Shown: positions 31,747 to 32,000 of the stretch, piece after piece
Layout: each line of letters starts with the position of its first letter
Position numbering within the stretch: the stretch's first letter is position 1
Source: Fibrobacter succinogenes subsp. succinogenes S85
GTDB lineage: Bacteria; Fibrobacterota; Fibrobacteria; Fibrobacterales; Fibrobacteraceae
DNA: 32,000 bases
Assembly: GCF_000146505.1 (NCBI RefSeq)
Contig: NC_017448.1
Location: 3,360,001 to 3,392,000, forward strand
Direction of reading: 5' to 3'
Notes under the pieces: model-generated
Seen by the model: the letters and a program-made list of their open reading frames with translations, nothing else
Databases searched by the model: none
What the model was told of the DNA's origin: nothing
Position numbers and translations under genes: made by a program

Positions 31747-32000
31747 ATGCATATTGGTTGTCATCTCTCGTCTTCGGGCGGCTTTTTGGCGATGGGCGAG
31801 ACAGCCCTTTCCATTGGGGCCGATACGTTCCAGTTCTTTACGCGAAACCCGCGCGGTGGGGCCGCAAAGCCGTTTGACAAGGCTGATGCCGAAGCGCTAA
31901 ATGCGTTTATGGACGCTCACAGCTTTGCTCCGATTTTAGCGCATGCTCCATACACGTTGAATGCTTGTGCTGCTGATCCGTCGCTGAGGCAATATGCACA
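31747..32000 (+). CDS. nfo: Endonuclease IV, 5' part (runs off the right window edge)
   Basis: My own translation from ATG 31747 is MHIGCHLSSSGGFLAMGETALSIGADTFQFFTRNPRGGAAKPFDKADAEALNAFMDAHSFAPILAHAPYTLNACAADPSLRQYA. This parallels the E. coli Nfo N-terminus (IGAHVSAAGGL...FALFTKNQRQW...ILPHDSYLINL). It is absent from the ORF track because no stop lies in the window. Confidence 0.85.
   Translation, partial: MHIGCHLSSSGGFLAMGETALSIGADTFQFFTRNPRGGAAKPFDKADAEALNAFMDAHSFAPILAHAPYTLNACAADPSLRQYA

Noticed and set aside
1-32000. Scan for CRISPR arrays, transposases/IS ends, integrases, toxin-antitoxin pairs, restriction-modification or other defence genes
   Set aside because: I found no repeat-spacer periodicity, no terminal inverted repeats and no ORF with recognisable signatures of these classes by eye in any frame.

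Overview
This is a chromosomal window with no recognisable mobile-element, CRISPR or defence genes. Gene content and protein architectures suggest a Fibrobacter-like (Fibrobacterota) genome; that is inference from recalled family signatures, with no database search. The left 12 kb is mostly housekeeping on the minus strand. It holds two tandem tRNA-Leu(GAG) genes (one cut by the window edge), a MurD-like Mur ligase, the tpiA-secG operon and a 957-aa multidomain FGE-sulfatase lipoprotein. It also holds three small secreted or envelope proteins, a cinA-like/recA pair, a membrane protein, a histidine phosphatase, and an SRP (4.5S) RNA gene that the ORF track does not show. Nearly half the window (12655-27592) is two tandem, independently transcribed, paralogous giant genes (1988 aa and about 2901 aa). 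They encode signal-peptide proteins with about 6 and about 15 cadherin-type repeats, bracketed by shared N- and C-terminal modules of unknown function. Downstream lie a bacterial SUI1/YciH homologue, a translationally coupled pair (FecR-like secreted protein plus a 771-aa predicted beta-barrel), and the 5' end of nfo. The most interesting candidates are the giant-adhesin pair with its conserved terminal modules and the adjacent FecR-like/beta-barrel pair. Others are a candidate SOS operator and promoter for recA inside the cinA 3' end, a G8 tract early in an envelope-protein gene, and the multidomain FGE lipoprotein. The very long antisense ORFs inside the giant genes are rejected as codon-usage artefacts.
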